52,942 nt of DNA from Catajapyx aquilonaris. Lineage: Eukaryota. A program made the position numbers and the translations under genes. Below, one piece after another: positions 34,996-48,338 of this stretch; positions within the stretch are counted from its first letter, which is position 1; every line of letters starts with the position of its first letter. The stretch covers positions 1 through 52,942 of the forward strand of contig JYFJ02002669.1 of assembly GCA_000934665.2 (NCBI GenBank). The letters run 5' to 3'. A model generated the notes under the pieces. The model saw nothing but the letters and a program-made list of their open reading frames with translations, was not told the origin of the DNA and did no database searches.

Positions 34996-37634
34996 GTAAT
35001 GTCAAAGTATGCACATAATGTTGGTGACTGGACCATTTCTTTGATACACAATTTGTACAGCAGATTATTACGCCACTATTCATCATCATCATCATAATCA
35101 TGACAACATTTTCCTATCATCAAGGGGTAGTCAGCATAGAAAGAGACGCAAGTTAACCTCACTTATTAACAATAAGAACCATATTAATTAACATAACCGT
35201 GCACCAGATATGGGCGGATTTTTTGGACCACAGGTGAAGGAATCGCTTTACACACCTCCCAATGTTACTCTAACTTACAGCCGTTCCGGAAAAATGTCGA
35301 AAACTTTGGTGGAGGAGTTACTCAATAATGTGGAGGCCTAAAATATGAAGGAAGGCTTTGTGCTGCTGATAGACTCCTGGGGAGGCCAAACAGACATGCA
35401 GACATGTGCCAAACTATTAGGTTCCTACAAGAACAAGCCAGCTTGCACGACTCTTGTCATTCCGAAGCACTGTACATCCAGTTGCCAACCCCTGCCCTTC
35501 CACCTGCAGCTCAAGTACCAATCTCGGTATATTCTCTGCACTCTGGAAGTGATGGAAGGCAGCGAAAACCTAAATCCAGATGACAATTAGTGTACCTGCC
35601 GAAATTGAGTCATTAAGCTTCAGTGATGGATGAGATACACAAACTACATGTATTAAGTGTCAAAGCTCCACACACAACCGCTTATTATTCCCATCCCGCG
35701 GCTAATGGCCTAGTAAAGCGTTTTAATAAAACATTAGTGGATATGGTCAGTCATTATGTGGAGATTAACCATCGAAATTTGGTGACGGAAATGCCTTCAT
35801 TGTAATGGCATATAGAGGCGCTGTCCAAGAATCAACAGGGGAAACACCGTTTCTTCTCAACCATGGTAGATAATTACATTATTTTCCCTTGTGACCACCC
35901 TCCACAACACTTTCCAAGTAGAGCAGAAGCCACAACACCATCTTAAAGCAGAAAAATTGATCGTGGATTTCGCCCCGCACAACTTCATGAATGCGACCGA
36001 GTGTGGTATACTTGACACTCGGTACCAGTATTGTAATATTAACTTATATTTACTGGCATATAAAATGCTAGAAAGTTGACAAGAAATTTCGGAAATTTAT
36101 TCCCTCTCGCGCCGCTCAGCTGTCTCATGTACGAATCCGGTTGTTAACTGGAGGCACTTTCAGGATAAGGTGATTTGCTCTAAGAGACTCGGTAAATCTT
36201 TCTAATGAATTTCACTTTTTACATTACATTACAGTTTGCAGTTGTCGCTGAACATGTTGCGTAAACGCAGTCAGCCATTTGCACTGAGAGAGGCCTAAGA
36301 CTTCCAGCTACTTATGAGCTGGGGCGAATACCAGGGCTAGAGTCGTCCCCTCGCCGACCTGTGCAAGTAAACCTTTGCTACAGCCAGAAAAAATCATAGT
36401 TTTTGTTACGTTGCCTTTACAATGTCTGTGAAGGGGGGAGTTGCACATGTTCTTCCTTCCTTTCGTTTTTGGGAGATTGACAGTTGTAGGCGAGTGTGAG
36501 TCCCCTTGAAAGCGCCACGGGCCCGCAGGTAAATAAATACAATACAATACCTCCTTAAGCACACCAAATAAACAATTTAAGATTGCTCGAAGCACAAGCT
36601 GAATCTATCACTTTCCAGAGACATTCCAAGAAAAAGTGCAGAACAGCTGGACCTTGTCGAGAGACGTACAACTGCAGATGGCCTGAAAATCAACTTAAAA
36701 CCTGAGTACTTGTTGCAGGAAGCCTTCTTTTTTTTTTGCACATAGTACAAAAGCACCAATATTATTTACACAATAGAACTGCTCAATTACGCTTCCTTCG
36801 TGGAACGGAAAGGCTTACAAAGGTAGGTCACCCGACCAATCACTATTAGTTTGCCCCTCTGGGCTGCACAATATCTTCAAAATGATGAATTTATGTGCTA
36901 GAGAGGAGTAACATTCTGGGGGAAAATAACATTCTTCCCTAGGTGTGAAAAGCATTTAACAAACTCCTTACGCGGGACAGCATCTCCTGAGATAAGTAAG
37001 TGAAGAAGGACAAGGAAGCAGCAAGCGCATACTACAAGCAGCGCCATCAACAAACCTTAGCAAATTAGTGTCAAAATACAGCCGAAATAATTATAATTAT
37101 GATCACCGCCACATAAGGCCTAATTTACAGCTGCATAATTATTATGTTAGCCTTACCCATACGCGACCAACAGGGCAGCTGGAAAGCAGCACTCCTTGTA
37201 ATCAAACACATATCCAGGTAAATTAATATGTATAATCGTATAATGCAATATCACAACAGGAAATATCTCATGGTAATGGAAAAATGCCTGAGCTACTTGT
37301 TAGCCATCCATTGATTCATTTGAAATTTGACATGTAGTGACGTAGAGGTCTTAGTACGTAATAATTAAATTTGGCGTTGGTGATTTTTAAACGCCCTCTC
37401 ATCTACTCATACATCTCTTCCTCAGACTGAAAATATGACTATGGAGGGAGCAGGCTACAAGCTGTTGGACAGGTATGGTAGAACTTTTGTGATACACATG
37501 AAATGTTAAATACTAATTTCATGGAAAATATTTATCTTCAGTGATTACAGCCGAATAATAACAGGAGAGAGAACCACTGCTGCAGGAAGCAGCTCCCACG
37601 AATCTGACAGTGACATGTTTGATTCCCATGTTCA
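34039..37634 (-). repeat. Composite repeat unit, copy C (inverted)
   Basis: Reverse complement of 6477-10142 with small indels. Confidence 0.95.
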
Positions 37635-40600
37635 CTTTTACTGTTTAATTTTATTTTTCGCTAATAAGTGGCATCTCTTGTTAGTTGCAGAGAAATCCGA
37701 TAATGATCAGTTCGATACAGATGCATTCATGGATGACTTCGTGTCTGGCCCCGACGGAGAAAACCTGGCGGACACGGGAACCGCTGCCGGCTTCAGTTCG
37801 CCGAGACATACAGTACATAGAGAAGGCTGACGACTTTTGGATGGGGACTCTTTTCTCCGATGAAAAGACTTTCCGGTCAGATTGTCAGGGGAAGCTTCAT
37901 TGCTGGAGGCCAGATGGGACACGGTGTGAGTCAAGGGCAAGAAATGTTCCGGGGCAGCATGTGTTTTTAAATATTTTTAAATTATTGATCATGGGGTACT
38001 GAAATTATTTTAAAATGGGTTGGCTAGGAAGTAGTCGTCGAGTACCGTAACCTCATTACGAATATTGACCCTAATTCCGGACGGTGCAGTGGTCGGACAA
38101 TGTGCACTCGCTTCGAGCTGTCTTATGAAATGAAATTTCTTCAGGCCTCTTCTTTTCTCTTTAGATTTACTTCCGTAAGCTCATCAGATGGTCGTCCGCG
38201 TCGTGCTCACGTTGGGGCGTAACAACTTACGGTCTTCTTATTGTTACAGCTGTGCTGTAAAGCACATCCTGGAGGCTGGCCGAAGCGGCCACGTCACGGC
38301 CGGTTTCTGAGGGGGTCATCCGTGGGCATGACGCGGTAGTTTTCACCTCTACCCCTCGGCATATGAACGCCGAGGGGTATGTGAACCTACTGGAGGACGA
38401 TCTTCTACCAGAGTTGGAGGCCCGGTACCCCGAGGAGCAGGGAATCACATTTGTCCAGGACAACGCTGGGATCCACCGGGCGAGGTACACCAGTGCCTTC
38501 CTGGAGGATCTTTCTCGGCTGCAGTGGCCGGCCTACTCCCCTGACCTCAACCCCATCGAAAATGTATGGGGTATGATGGTCAGGGAGTGGGACAACAGGA
38601 GTGAACGGCGGGACGATCTTCTCCGGGCTCACTGCAGCCAGGTGTGGGAGTCAGTGGCTAACCGCCCGTGGATCCTGGGCAGCGTCGTGTCAAGCATGCA
38701 TCAAAGGCTGGCCGATGTTATTAAGAGCAGAGGAGGCCACACTAAATACTGACTGAAAGTTCCTTGTTTTTTTCCCGTTGGTGTTCCCAGTCAAGTTCCC
38801 AGGGTTGCTGATTGCGGTTTACCTTATACTTTATAGCGGAGCAACTAGGAGAATACGTCCAGGATGCAGTGCATTGTTCAAGTGGACGTTAGGAACATGT
38901 TGTGATGAAATAAAATATTATACTTATCACATGAAAAATACAAGCGAAGCGAGGCTCAGGGCCAGAAAGTCACTCCCTTCTCCCACTTTTTTTCTAGGCC
39001 ACAGGCCTGCGGTGGTGGAGGCCGTATAGTTAATCGCTTCGGACTTATAGCCAGTGATAATGCCCGTGAATTGAACAACCATCACCAAAACCCTCTCCAC
39101 TCACCCTCACCGCCCTCCATTTCAAGGGTGAGCAGTAGTAAAAATATGGTAGATCAAGATGGCTCTGCAGCCATCTGTTGAACTGAATCTACCGAATGTC
39201 AGCAAACGGACCGCAACGGACCCATTTTGCCAACGGCTATTTTATTAACCAGCTAGAATAACAAAGACGACAATGACATGTCACTGGGAGCGGTTGGGAG
39301 CAACCACGTACGTCACGGGAGCAACCTCCGACCATGGTCGAAAGGAACAACAGACATCGGGAGGACACAGCTGACGATCTGCCTGTAGCCGCAGCCCTTG
39401 CGACTGCCCTTCCCTCTATAGTTGGGCAAGAAGACCAGGACCTCTCTGTGCATGTAACGGTTTTATTCTCCACTCAGTGTCACCTAGAGCTGGTGTCACA
39501 AAGGCTCAAATTTTGAGTACCTTCAACCTATATCGAGCCGTCAGAACAACAAAGTTGAGAGTTGACTCCTAATTGTACGCGCATCATTTGACAAAGCAAT
39601 TTTGTTGAATGGCACTAAGGCTCATCTACTCAATGTAATTACAGCAGTATTGCAAACTATACTAAAATTACAGAACCACGACGCCCATCCAGGAAGGTTG
39701 GATGTCCATGGCGGTATGCAAAACCTTTTTGGGATTACCCTGTATAGTTACTTGCGGTCTGGATGGCAGTAACAACATACACTGGTTGCATGGCGCCTCA
39801 GTCCAATGTGGATAATGTGGATCAGCCAAAGCAATACCGCTGGCCACTCATCCGGCCAGCACCAGCAAGGAACTCTTCATAACTATACCGTAAAACTGAT
39901 TGTACCCGTATTATACAAATTAGACCAGAGGAAAACAACATTTGGGACATTACCCCCATTTCCAAACCAGACAAGGTCAGTTTTCACTTTGATTGGCCAG
40001 GTTTCAACCACACCAATAGGTGCCATCGGTGGGCTGGGGTTCAGTTCTGACTCACTGATTGATTGCTTGCTTGCTTGGTTGGTTGGTAAGCTTCTTAGTA
40101 AGCAAGAATGATTGTTAGCTCATGGAACAAATATTAACACCATTATTTTAGGATAGACTTGTACTGACTCCATTAGTAACATGTTCATTTAATTTCATAT
40201 TCCTCCAAAAGATAAATCCATGATTGACTGTGTAGTTGGTGACAAGACGTCTGATGATGAAGTATATTAAGAACATGATCATGATGCATTTTGCTGGGTT
40301 TTAACTCATTTAAGTGACTGAACTGAAGCTACTTTTAAGGTAACAATGGTCAGCTTGTGAATTGCATAATATCTCCTCCCACCAATGGCATGCTCCAAAC
40401 ACTGCCATCCACGTACGCTACCCACTGCATAGACCAAGGGACCCTTGACGCACCTGGCCTCTTCCCCTGCCTGCAAGCCCTACCGTGCGGTCATGGGACC
40501 ATGCGGCCAAGGGACCGCGACCATGGTTGGTGTTGTGGATTACGAAATTCGCCAAATAAACAACCGCGGTAACCTGGCAGCGCCCATGACAGCGAACACA

Positions 40601-41836
40601 TAAACACACACAAAAAAAACCACAGTTACGACAATCTTTTTGCTGGTCATAGTACTAAACGGCCGCCGTTTTTGACGAGGCCTGCTACCACAACTGCGAG
40701 ATCTGGACCGACCACGGAGACGGAGGTGACCTGGACAATGTCTTTTGTCGTCATGTCTTGCCCGCGACCTATGCTACTCCATCCCAACAATCCCATCATC
40801 GAGCAATAAACTAAAATCAATCATGTATTAAACGACTTATTAGGAGAAATCCGGGCACTTCTTTTCGGCGCGCATAAGCACCATCGGAATAAGGTCTCCC
40901 GCTCTGGCCCAGGGTTACATGTCGTCATGGTGCCAAAGTGGTTTGGGGAGAAGTTGGGGAGGAGGGAGGAGAGAAGTTTGTTTGGGGGCGGGGCCATGGG
41001 CCCAGCAGTTCACTCTAAGAAATAACCCATCATTATGACGACATATATGGAGGGGGTCTCACTTAATTCCTTAGTATTATACTAGCCAACAGGACTGATA
41101 TGGCCACATGTAGTTCACATGTAGGGCTACAACATACGTGAAAACCAGCGAAAAATAAAGTACAATAATTTCAAAAATTAAATGTTTAAAATTTGCAATT
41201 TCAATCTTTTTAACGCAAAAATGTTAAATTTTAAAATTTACCATAGAATACCATTATATCAACCTTTCTGAGTAAATTGATATCAAAAGCACATCTGTCT
41301 CACGATTAGTTGCGGAGAAACAGCCAAAAGAAAAATGGCTCTGAAAGAAAAAGCTCAAAATTACCACCCCCCCCCCCTCAAAAAAAACGGGTAAAAATCA
41401 AAAAAAATGTCAAAACGCTTTGGTACAATGTTTTAGCAGCGCTAGGTCACCATAACCTGTGAATATCATTCAAATCCGCCACATCAAGGGTACAAAGGGG
41501 GCCCAACTGACATGGACCCATATATATTGTAATGGTTTAAACAGGGTCACTCCAGGAAAAGAGTCATGCACGGTGCACGCAGTCGACGCTGATAATCATG
41601 TAATAAGTGATGTAGCACATACGCAGTACTGCCCTACCTGAATAAAGCAGTGCTTATTGAAGAGCATGACTCTGATGTAGTCGAGGTATTAATGTAAAGT
41701 GAAACGGGAGACAAGTGTTAACGTAGATGTCCTTGTTCATAAACTATACGTACATGCAGTAGTAGTAATATCGTATGGGTCAATTATGTTACATAGTAAT
41801 GACAGTATACACTGTTAATTTCATTCTAACTTTCAG

Positions 41837-42559
41837 GTCTTCCCGTGCATATACGTACTCATGACGCGTGCCACGGATATCGGCATGTCATGGAGTACGT
41901 ATTATACAACTTCGGTTGCACACCTGACACGTTCATGACATATTACGAGAGGGCCCTGCTGAGGCCTGCGGGAGAAGTGTTCCCCGCAACCAGAGTAGTA
42001 GGCTGCAGGTTACATTTTGCGCAGGTGAGTCGAAATTACAGATCAATAATGTCTCCAAGGTAAAATGCAGCGTATCTCCCATAATTACAGTACGCCGACT
42101 TGATAATTTGAAACATTTTTATGCACTTCAAAAATTTACATTCACTTTCTATCAGGTTACCCTGATTGTTCATCTCCCGTTATTCTTATTAGGCACTGAA
42201 AAGAAGAATTCAGACTCAGTGGATGACCACCCCGGTGCAAGAAGACGCCAGGCTTGCTAAAGCAGTAAAGATGGCGATGGGGCTACCACTGCTTCCCGCT
42301 GAACACATAAGTGAGGGTGTGAGACGTGGCGACCCTAAGACCAGAGTCGGCCAACCTTGGCAGGGCCTTCTTGAGATATGTGAAACAACCGTGGGTGCAA
42401 GCGTATGGGGTGGACATACTGTCTGTCCATTGTAGCCAACCTAGGAGGACTAGCCCCAACATTCCTGGCACATCCCTCAACTATAACAATGTCGAAAGCT
42501 TCCACTCGACGCTCAGGAGGAAAGTAGTCTACAACCCAAATGTCTGGGATTTCCTATAG
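41837..42559 (+). pseudogene. Second, divergent intron-containing MULE transposase fragment
   Basis: cag|VFPCIYVLM...YERAL..VFPATRVVGCRLHFAQ|gtgagt; next exon MGLPLLP...NNVESFHSTL..NPNVWDFL. Confidence 0.85.
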
Positions 42560-42939
42560 GTAATGTAGCATCCTGAAAAAACTTTGTCTCACGGACTTAT
42601 CAGGGTTCTCCAGTTTCTAAACATGCCAAAATCCACCTCATTACTTCATGTGTGTGTATGTACTGTGCAGCGTGTGTGCTTGACAAGAGAGAAAATGACG
42701 ATCATCATGGAGTGCCTAAAAGTGTAAGGTCCGTTGGATTGTGCAGTTCGCTATTATTTAGCCGCGTATTGCACTCCGGCACCTGCACTCTGGGTAAGAT
42801 CTGGCCAATCTGACCTAATACCCCTTACATGCAATAACATATGGTAAATAAAGACACCGCAAGTGTACGTATGTGAATCGAAAATCATACAGAGTTTCCT
42901 CTTACCGTATGCACCATTCTTGTGTCCGCACAATTTTAG

Positions 42940-43130
42940 CCATCTTCCGTCGATCTCATCATGCTTATTTTTACCAGATTCAGGGCCAACTACAAGTCAC
43001 AGAAAGGAAGTGGTGTGATTTTGTAGTTGACACTCACAAGGACACCCAGTTCGAAAGAATTGAGACAGTAACATATGGAGCGAAGTAGTGCTTCCCACGT
43101 TGGAGACTTTTTTACAATTGCTGTATGTTG
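42940..43130 (+). pseudogene. YqaJ/lambda-exonuclease-like fragment
   Basis: HAYFYQIQGQLQVTERKWCDFVV..ERI motif. Confidence 0.8.
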
Positions 43131-43299
43131 CCAGAAGTGGCAAATTCAAGAAATCATCGCAATTTGAAAATTCGCCATCTTGAGTACATTCTTCAGGCAC
43201 AGCAATTGCATGCCGAGCAGCTTGCAAGCCACAAAGGAGAATAAGGCAGGTAGAAAGAGAAAAAATCGAGAACATTTTGGATGAGACGATCACTCCAGC

Positions 43300-43532
43300 G
43301 CACAAACACTGCTGAGGTATTCACAGTTGCCTTCTCCAGCGGCGGCCTTCAAGGCAGTACTTCTGCCCCGTTGAAGTGGAAGGCCTGAAAGTTGAGATGC
43401 CTCGCTTCCTGACAGGCCAGGTAATAATAAGCAGTTCACAACATAGGAAGGCAATAGTTCCCGGTTGGCGACCAGGAAGTGGTCAATGGCCGCATCAAGA
43501 GGTGGAAGCTTCTGCGGGATACAATGTGTCAA
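43300..43532 (-). pseudogene. Possible vertnin-like OTU fragment
   Basis: LP...ALKAAAGEGNCEYLSSV resembles the GDGNCLYxSxS OTU catalytic loop. Confidence 0.3.
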
Positions 43533-44109
43533 TGAAGAACTGTCACAATAACGGGAAATCGAACTATTATACAGGTAGCCGTTATAAGTGTCTTATACGG
43601 GCGACGGCATATCTAGGTTGCTCTGTATTGTATTGTATTGTAAATGGTGAGCAATATTACTCAAATCAGCATGTTTTTCTTATTCACAAACTGGCTCGCT
43701 AAAGCTGCAGAGACACGCTTGGGCAGTTGCATAAGACAGTTCGAACCAGTCATCTGACGTTTTTGCACAGTAGACTTTATTTTCTTCGCTGTCACTTGCT
43801 TTTGAATGATCATGTACTTCAAACGTGATTCAATTAAATTCTTCAAGACTGGCACCCCTGCTCTCTTCCGGGGGGGGATCAATTCAGAAATGATGTCTAT
43901 TGACGGAGAGGCAGTTGTGTGAAGTAAGCACTCGGATTTTGGACATCGTTGGTCCTTGATCGTAAACACGTAACTGCGTAAGTCACAATTTTGGTATACC
44001 AGTGATCTGTCAACATCACTGATTCTGCCTGCAAAAGTTCGTTTCAATATGTCTTGACTGGTGGTGAATTTCATGGGTCGCTTTGAATGCTCAAAAGTTT
44101 CTCACAGGG

Positions 44110-44590
44110 CCCGTCCCATGAGCCGAAGCTTTCGTTTGATGAACAGTTAAAGGAAACTCGAGGGATGTTGAGACAAATTCTGACCTTATGGCAACGTAAA
44201 CCCTCCCCTTTGAATCGTAATTCGTTATCTTTCAGCAGCAAGAACGTACAAAAACTTAGTTTCTGCTAAAAAGAACTTGTATTACTCTAATACAGTCCAG
44301 CAGCTGCTAGCCTCTTCCAAATCGACTGACTTTTGGTCGCTAATAAAAAAAACACACTGGAAACCACTTACTAGAACTGACCTAGATCCCAAGGTCTGCT
44401 TACGCTACTTAGCGACATTTTACCAAATATCTGATGCGTTACCGAAAGTAATAATAACCAACCCCCTGGAGTCCCCTCCGATCTCATTAGATGATGAGAT
44501 AACAACTGCAGAACACTCCAACTGCATAAAAAGCACTGAATGTCACTCCGCTCCGGGGAATGATGGGGACACGCACTGGGTATTTCGCCT
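44110..44590 (+). pseudogene. LINE ORF2 linker/RT-proximal remnant
   Basis: DFWSLIKK...LDDEITTAE...IK...SAPGNDG. Confidence 0.65.
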
Positions 44591-44600
44591 TACGGTGACA

Positions 44601-45251
44601 CAGCCAACCCAGAGACAGAGCCAGTAATATCACAGGACAGACAATGACGATATTAAAATATAATATTTTAACAACTTCTTCAACTCCTCAAACTCAGCTA
44701 AATGTTGTAGGATCATACATAAGCATGTACATATTGAATGGATTGAATTAACGTTCGATCAACTTGGTCAAACTATTTACTTGAAACGTACTCAAAATTG
44801 ATTGCACAAACGTAACAGAAGTGACATAAGTGACTTCAAAGGTCCCTGCGAGTCACCATTCGTGACACTTTCCAAGTGTCACTCACGGATTTTCATGAAA
44901 TTTGGTGCATTGGTACCGTTGACCAGCAAAACTTCAAAGCATCTGCATCTTGGCTACATAAGGTCAAAAAGACAAGTAGAATTGTGTCAAGAAAAATAGC
45001 TAAAGTCATCACAAAGAAACAAATTGCGGAAAAAGAAGCCATTTTGGCATCAGTCATTGAATTTGCATGGAAAAGGCAAAGCACATCATAGAGGAATTTG
45101 GAACATAAAACACATACAATAGAGTGACCAGAGTGGCTTCAGTCTCGAAATGCATTTTGGTCGTACACTGGTGTACTGCGTGGCGAAAACTGTGGAAGCA
45201 GGTGCACAGTCAGTGAATTCAACGAGCCACAGCTACACAATCCAACCAACC
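44601..45251 (+). repeat. Direct repeat copy 1 containing a Tc4/Tc5-like transposase N-terminal fragment
   Basis: Repeated at 48339-48802; encodes FKASASWLHKVK..RIVSRKI and DQSGFSLEMHFGRTL...SHSYTIQP. Confidence 0.85.
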
Positions 45252-46149
45252 AACCAACCAACCACATACATACAAAAATTATATACATTGATCATTTTTG
45301 ATGTATATAATTTTTGTGTGTATGTGGGAAAATACATGTCCATGTGTTCTGTATGAGGTTGTGTCCCCCTAGAGGAGCAATTCTCCACAACGAGGTATTA
45401 AACAAACAAACAAAAATACGTATATAGCAGATGTACTAATAATGTATAATAATGTATAATAGACTTGCGGCGGTGACCATGGTGGGCGGGCTGACTTTAG
45501 CGTACAGGCTACGCCATCCGACGCGACGGTGCCAATGGGCCAAATGACGACAGCAATTGTCATCGGATTGGGGATCGCATGACGTATTACGCCATGTCAT
45601 ACGCCAAGTATTACTCATAATATACACCACCATGAACAAGAATCGAAGGTCCTCCACTCCCCCTAAACTAACCGGTTCTCTTGGATTTATGTGCACGGTT
45701 ATTCAATACCCCCAATGTGTCTTACGTTGTATCTTCCTGCGTAGGACACGGCTTCCACAGAGCTCCACCGTGGACAACAGTGTAAGAGCAAGGCATTTGA
45801 AATCTTGACTCAAGAGAACAGTGATAAATACAAGTCGGACTTAGCCACGACCGTCGCAGACCTACGGAGGCTATGCAAAACCAAGAACAGGCCATGCGAG
45901 ACAACTTCGCAAAACATTCCGCGACAAAGTCATATATCTTGAAAATGAGGCAAGAGCTATGTAATTTTCCTTATTATTTTCGTTGGAGAGGATTTGGCAC
46001 TCTGCTCACAAGCTTTACTGGTATATTTTGCCCTTCAAGTGAGTCGATTCAGCCCGATAGCACATACAGACCAGGACATGTTAGACTTCGACCGCATCGT
46101 TTGCCTTCAAAACCAAAACGAAATTCATCTGTCAACAATATTGCACTTC

Positions 46150-46514
46150 TCAATAGTGACCTTCAAGCCCAAGGAATGAGGTTGGGGAAAAGGCTGGAGA
46201 TACACTTACAAGAAATAGAAAGTTACACCTCAGCCAACCTATTGTTGCAGAGCAAATTAACGGATCTCGCCAACAAGCAGGTACGCTGCAATCTGATCAT
46301 CCGAATATGTATCCTGAGAGTAAATAAATCTATGCTCAGTGTGTATATTTGTGCTTGTTTCACTAAGATTGCCCAAGACTTTGGTATCTCCACGTATTGT
46401 GCATTACTTGAGTCTGGGGAGGCCTCAGATTCGCAGAACACATCAACATATTCAAGAAAGACAAATAGTGGTAGCAAGCATAATAAGCTGGCGACCAATG
46501 AGTACACCATATAG
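46150..46514 (+). pseudogene. Possible LINE ORF1 coiled-coil remnant
   Basis: LQSKLTDLANKQVRCNLII resembles the KLxDLENRSRRxNLII motif. Confidence 0.4.
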
Positions 46515-46614
46515 CAATTTGATGCTAAAACTGGTTGTGCCACACTATACACCTCTATCTAGCCCGACGCCAATGACGACGATGACCAGCAGGAGGGACA
46601 CTCACGACGCGACG

Positions 46615-47826
46615 CACAGTGATCTAGATTCGGAAAACCCTGGTCACAATTATAGTTATCATCCTAGAAGGATAAAAATAAGTGTTTAGGGGTTTTCCGA
46701 GTCGCCGAGTACGAATTTGAAGTCAAAATTGTCAATAATATAATATAATATGGGGCAAAAAGGGGTTGAATCTTTACGTCTATTTTCGGCTTAGGAAAAT
46801 GTAAAAGTTACAAAGATGCCTTTTGCTCACTTTTTAAGCTCAGTCTATGTAAATTTGTGTAGGTATGTTGATGACGCAAAAATCACGAGAGGGGGAGAAA
46901 GACAAAAGACGAACGATATACCCCAGATCCCATTTTTAAATTCAGTTAACAACATACTGCAAAGTTAAAATTAATGAAAATACTATTCAATATATAGGCC
47001 TAATCAAGGTACAAATTAGCCGCCCCCATTCTGTATAACCAGCTCCGAAAATAAACTACCGTATAGTAGATGATTAGTTCCTCAAGACTTGCCTTTCACT
47101 CGCACGCACACCAAAATAATATTCCCTCATCTCTCGAGGAAACATAGGAAGTAATGTAGCCTACGATATCAAGAGGTATCAATGTGTCACTTGTCAGTTT
47201 GACCACACTTCGAATTTCTCCCCCCTTCCCGCCACTGGACTCCAGCCCGTGCACTATTTGTTTCAGGCATTAGCTCGAGCGCGAGGGTGGAAATACCGCC
47301 ACGGCGAAAATTACGAATTACGATAAAATTAGCAGATTTTAGCAGCTGGACTTCGTTGACCCTTCACCTGCACACTATTTCGCACATTACGCACCAAAAA
47401 TTAAAATGTCCTTTTTTGTCCATTTTTTTGTATGACTCGATTTAATTTTTGAAACGACACATTTGAACTGCTATACCAAAATTCGATTTAATCATTAAGT
47501 TTATAATTTACAAAAATGAAATATGAACAATTTTGCAAGTAAATGTACACTCTACAACACAGTGTAACCAAAATTACCGTTGACATATGTTTCAGAACAT
47601 TTAGCAAATGGTTAAAATACGCCTGCCGTGCATGTCTATTCAGAACAACGATTACCCCCAAATTTAAATGCCTCCGCGCTGCCGAATAACTTTTTTTTCA
47701 GGAACAAACTAAAGGCCAGAGTATAGCTCCATTATCATTGATTATGCAGGCATGAATGGGAATATCATACTACAAATTAAAAAAATTCTGATTTTGTCCA
47801 GGGTTTTCCGAATCTAGATCACTGTG
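46615..47826. mobile_element. Transib-type non-autonomous element, 1212 bp
   Basis: Perfect 29-bp TIR cacagtgatctagattcggaaaaccctgg; 5-bp TSD cgacg (46610-46614, 47827-47831); no ORF in the track's interior. Confidence 0.9.
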
Positions 47827-48338
47827 CGACGCGACGATGACAAGCATGGGAATAATAATTATGGTAGAATAACAGACGGCCAGTGTATTTTTCGGAGACA
47901 TACTAAGTATCATCCTTACAAGGTTTACATGGTGACGGTAGAAAGCCAGGCAAGATAAGCTTCACTGACAGTCACTGACAGTATGTGATGGATCGACGAT
48001 TATGAACGACTATTGCACAGGAAATCCTCGAGGGCAAGGAGATTGGATTCCAGGGAAGCGTGAGCAGCCTGCGTTGAAGGTAGACGGGCGACTGCACCTG
48101 GTCGAGCCGAGCCACATTGCAGTCATGCTCACTACCTTTCTTTGGCGCCTGAGGGACAACGACAATCTGCCCGACCATTCCGATAATATAAAATTCGCCG
48201 ATAGCAAAGTATGTAGGTACACTAACAATCCATGTGCATTATGTGTTGGATTAATATAAAACGAGAAAATGGAAATTCTCCTTGGCATGATAATGCACTT
48301 ATGAGGGGAAAAGTTGCCACTTTTAAATGCCGGAGATG

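Larger units (their letters stand above)
33311..38752 (+). pseudogene. Intron-containing Tc1 transposase split by a ~3.8-kb insertion
   Basis: N-terminal exon, intron 33571-33729 (gtaggc..ttacag), exon ARLQFAE..LFSDEKTF..CWRPDGTR present twice, and C-terminus FVQDNAGIH..WPAYSPDLNPIENVW..GGHTKY*. Confidence 0.85.

Noticed and set aside
33160..39745. accctgta motifs at ~33168 and ~39737 as the Tc1 TIR pair
   Set aside because: Both are in the same orientation, so they cannot be one element's inverted ends.
45873..46514. 213-aa ORF as a host gene
   Set aside because: No coherent domain; only a short LINE ORF1-like stretch.
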